From NCBI GenBank assembly GCA_913020725.1, contig CAJWCD010000034.1:1-28036 (forward strand): 28,036 nt of DNA, written 5' to 3'. Below are positions 26,694-28,036 of the stretch, piece after piece. Position 1 is the stretch's first letter, and each line of letters starts with the position of its first letter. The notes beneath the pieces were generated by a model. The model was not told the origin of the DNA and did no database searches. It worked only from the letters and a program-made list of their open reading frames with translations. The stretch is from an uncultured Pseudomonadota bacterium. Lineage in GTDB: Bacteria; SAR324; NAC60-12. Both the position numbers and the translations under genes were made by a program.

Positions 26694-27644
26694 ATGCGGC
26701 TCGCGGTTCTGGAGGTTGGCAGCAACGCCATTCGGCTGGCCTCTGCCGTGTGGCATCCCTCCGGAACGCTGGAACTGGTCTTGCGCCAGCACGTTCCCCT
26801 GCGCCTTGGCGAAACGGTCTTCTCGTCCGGAGGCGTGTCCGATGCCGCATTGCAAAAGCTCTGCGACGCGCTGGGCCAACTTCTCCAACAACTCAGCCCC
26901 ACTCCGCAAGACCGCCTGCAACTCTGCGCCACCAGCGCCTTGCGTGATGCCAACAATCTTCTGGAAATCCGCGCACGGCTCCAGCACGAACTGGGGCTGG
27001 AACTCGTCGTGTTGTCCGGCGCCGAGGAAGCCGCCCGCATTCGGGAAGGGCTGCTTCAGGTCCACACCTTGGATTCCGGGACGGTGGTTTTGGGTGATTT
27101 GGGCGGCGGCAGTTTGGAAGTGTCCATCTTGCAGGAAGGGAAGCTGCAACGGCAGGAAAGTCTGAATTTTGGCACCCTACGCTGGCAGCGAGCCGCGCAA
27201 GTCCCGGAGTTGGAAGCGAGCTTTCATGAATCCGTGCAGATACTCCAATCCGACGCCATCGCTACGGCGCAACGCTTGGTGCTGTCCGGAGGCAACGCCA
27301 AGTGGCTGGGGCGCATCCTTGCTGAGGAAACCCAACACGAGTTCGTGCCGATTTCCGGGCTGGAAATTCCGTGGGCGGAGGTACAACCCCGGCTTCAGAA
27401 AATCGCCGCTGCGGGGCCGGAAACATGGCGAACACGCTGGAGGATGCGCCCCCAGCAGATCGAAACCTTCGGGGCGGCCCTGCGGATGTTCCGGTTGCTC
27501 GGCGAGACTGTCGAACCCGAACACCTGCGGCTCTCCGGACTCGCCCTCAAGGAAGCACTCTTGCTCCAATCTGCCGAAACCTTGGGGATACGAAATCCCG
27601 CGATCCGGATTGCTCCAAGCTACGATCAACCCAAGACGTCGTAG
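26694..27644 (+). CDS. Ppx/GppA family phosphatase (short form, no HD domain)
   Basis: EVGSNAIRL, ATSALRDANN, LSGAEEA, DLGGGSLE. Confidence 0.85.
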   Translation: MRLAVLEVGSNAIRLASAVWHPSGTLELVLRQHVPLRLGETVFSSGGVSDAALQKLCDALGQLLQQLSPTPQDRLQLCATSALRDANNLLEIRARLQHELGLELVVLSGAEEAARIREGLLQVHTLDSGTVVLGDLGGGSLEVSILQEGKLQRQESLNFGTLRWQRAAQVPELEASFHESVQILQSDAIATAQRLVLSGGNAKWLGRILAEETQHEFVPISGLEIPWAEVQPRLQKIAAAGPETWRTRWRMRPQQIETFGAALRMFRLLGETVEPEHLRLSGLALKEALLLQSAETLGIRNPAIRIAPSYDQPKTS

Positions 27645-27697
27645 GAACGGGCCGTGCTCACGAATCGGCCTCGACAATCCAAAAAACCGCAAAAAAC

Positions 27698-27781
27698 TTG
27701 ACATCCCCCGGAATCGGCGTAAGTTTTTGGAAAATCCGACTCAGGATTTTCCTTGAACCCTTCAGGCGAGAATCGTAGCAT
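27698..27781 (+). promoter_or_regulatory. Tandem sigma70-like promoters with an intervening inverted repeat
   Basis: TTGACA-N16-TAAGTT (27698-27725) after A-tracts; GGAAAATCC-N6-GGATTTTCC (27729-27752); TTGAAC-N17-TAGCAT (27753-27781). Confidence 0.5.
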
Positions 27782-27867
27782 GCTTCCCAACCCGACTGCA
27801 CTGCACTGCACTTATACAGTGTAAGCCCCAGCCCGGCCTCCAAAACAACCCCTCCCATCGGGGTGTG

Positions 27868-28020
27868 ATGGGACTCGCCCACCTCATTCCCGCTCTGCTC
27901 GTCCTCACCCTGTTGCTCGGTGCCTGTAGCAAGAAGAAGGAGGAGACCGACGACACCACCTGCGGGCTGCACAATCTCAGCAGCGACTTCCCCATCGAAG
28001 CATGGCTCAAGGCGGCATGA
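27868..28020 (+). CDS. 50-aa putative lipoprotein
   Basis: MGLAHLIPALLVLTLLLGAC-SKKKEETDD... with lipobox LGAC; its TGA overlaps an ATG (28017) of a possible next gene. Confidence 0.5.
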   Translation: MGLAHLIPALLVLTLLLGACSKKKEETDDTTCGLHNLSSDFPIEAWLKAA

Positions 28021-28036
28021 ACCCCGAAACCGAAAC

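Overview
Bacterial window; gene style suggests a marine deltaproteobacterium, possibly SAR324-like (low-confidence inference). About 1-5100 is an accessory region that reads AT-richer than the rest. It holds an alkaline phosphatase (PhoA family), a CPFC-motif protein, an ABC ATPase and a FtsX-type permease, bracketed by copies of an 18-20 bp motif (CTTATCCAAAACTCACGT). The same motif forms the inverted ends of a 215-bp MITE-like element. Directly after it come an orphan 3-repeat/2-spacer CRISPR array and a 5'-truncated WYL regulator fused to the last repeat. The remainder looks like core genome: ankyrin protein, tatA, pal-tolQ-tolR (Pal with a very long Pro/Glu linker), comEC, an AhpD-like protein split by an in-frame TGA with a SECIS-like hairpin (probable CxxU selenoprotein), class III aminotransferase + ald + 2OG-Fe(II) oxygenase, an MBL-fold protein, a MaoC remnant, trpF, an operon of DUF167 / 2278-aa TPR-repeat protein / membrane protein / PilO-like / small exported protein, HIT, Ppx/GppA and a tiny lipoprotein.
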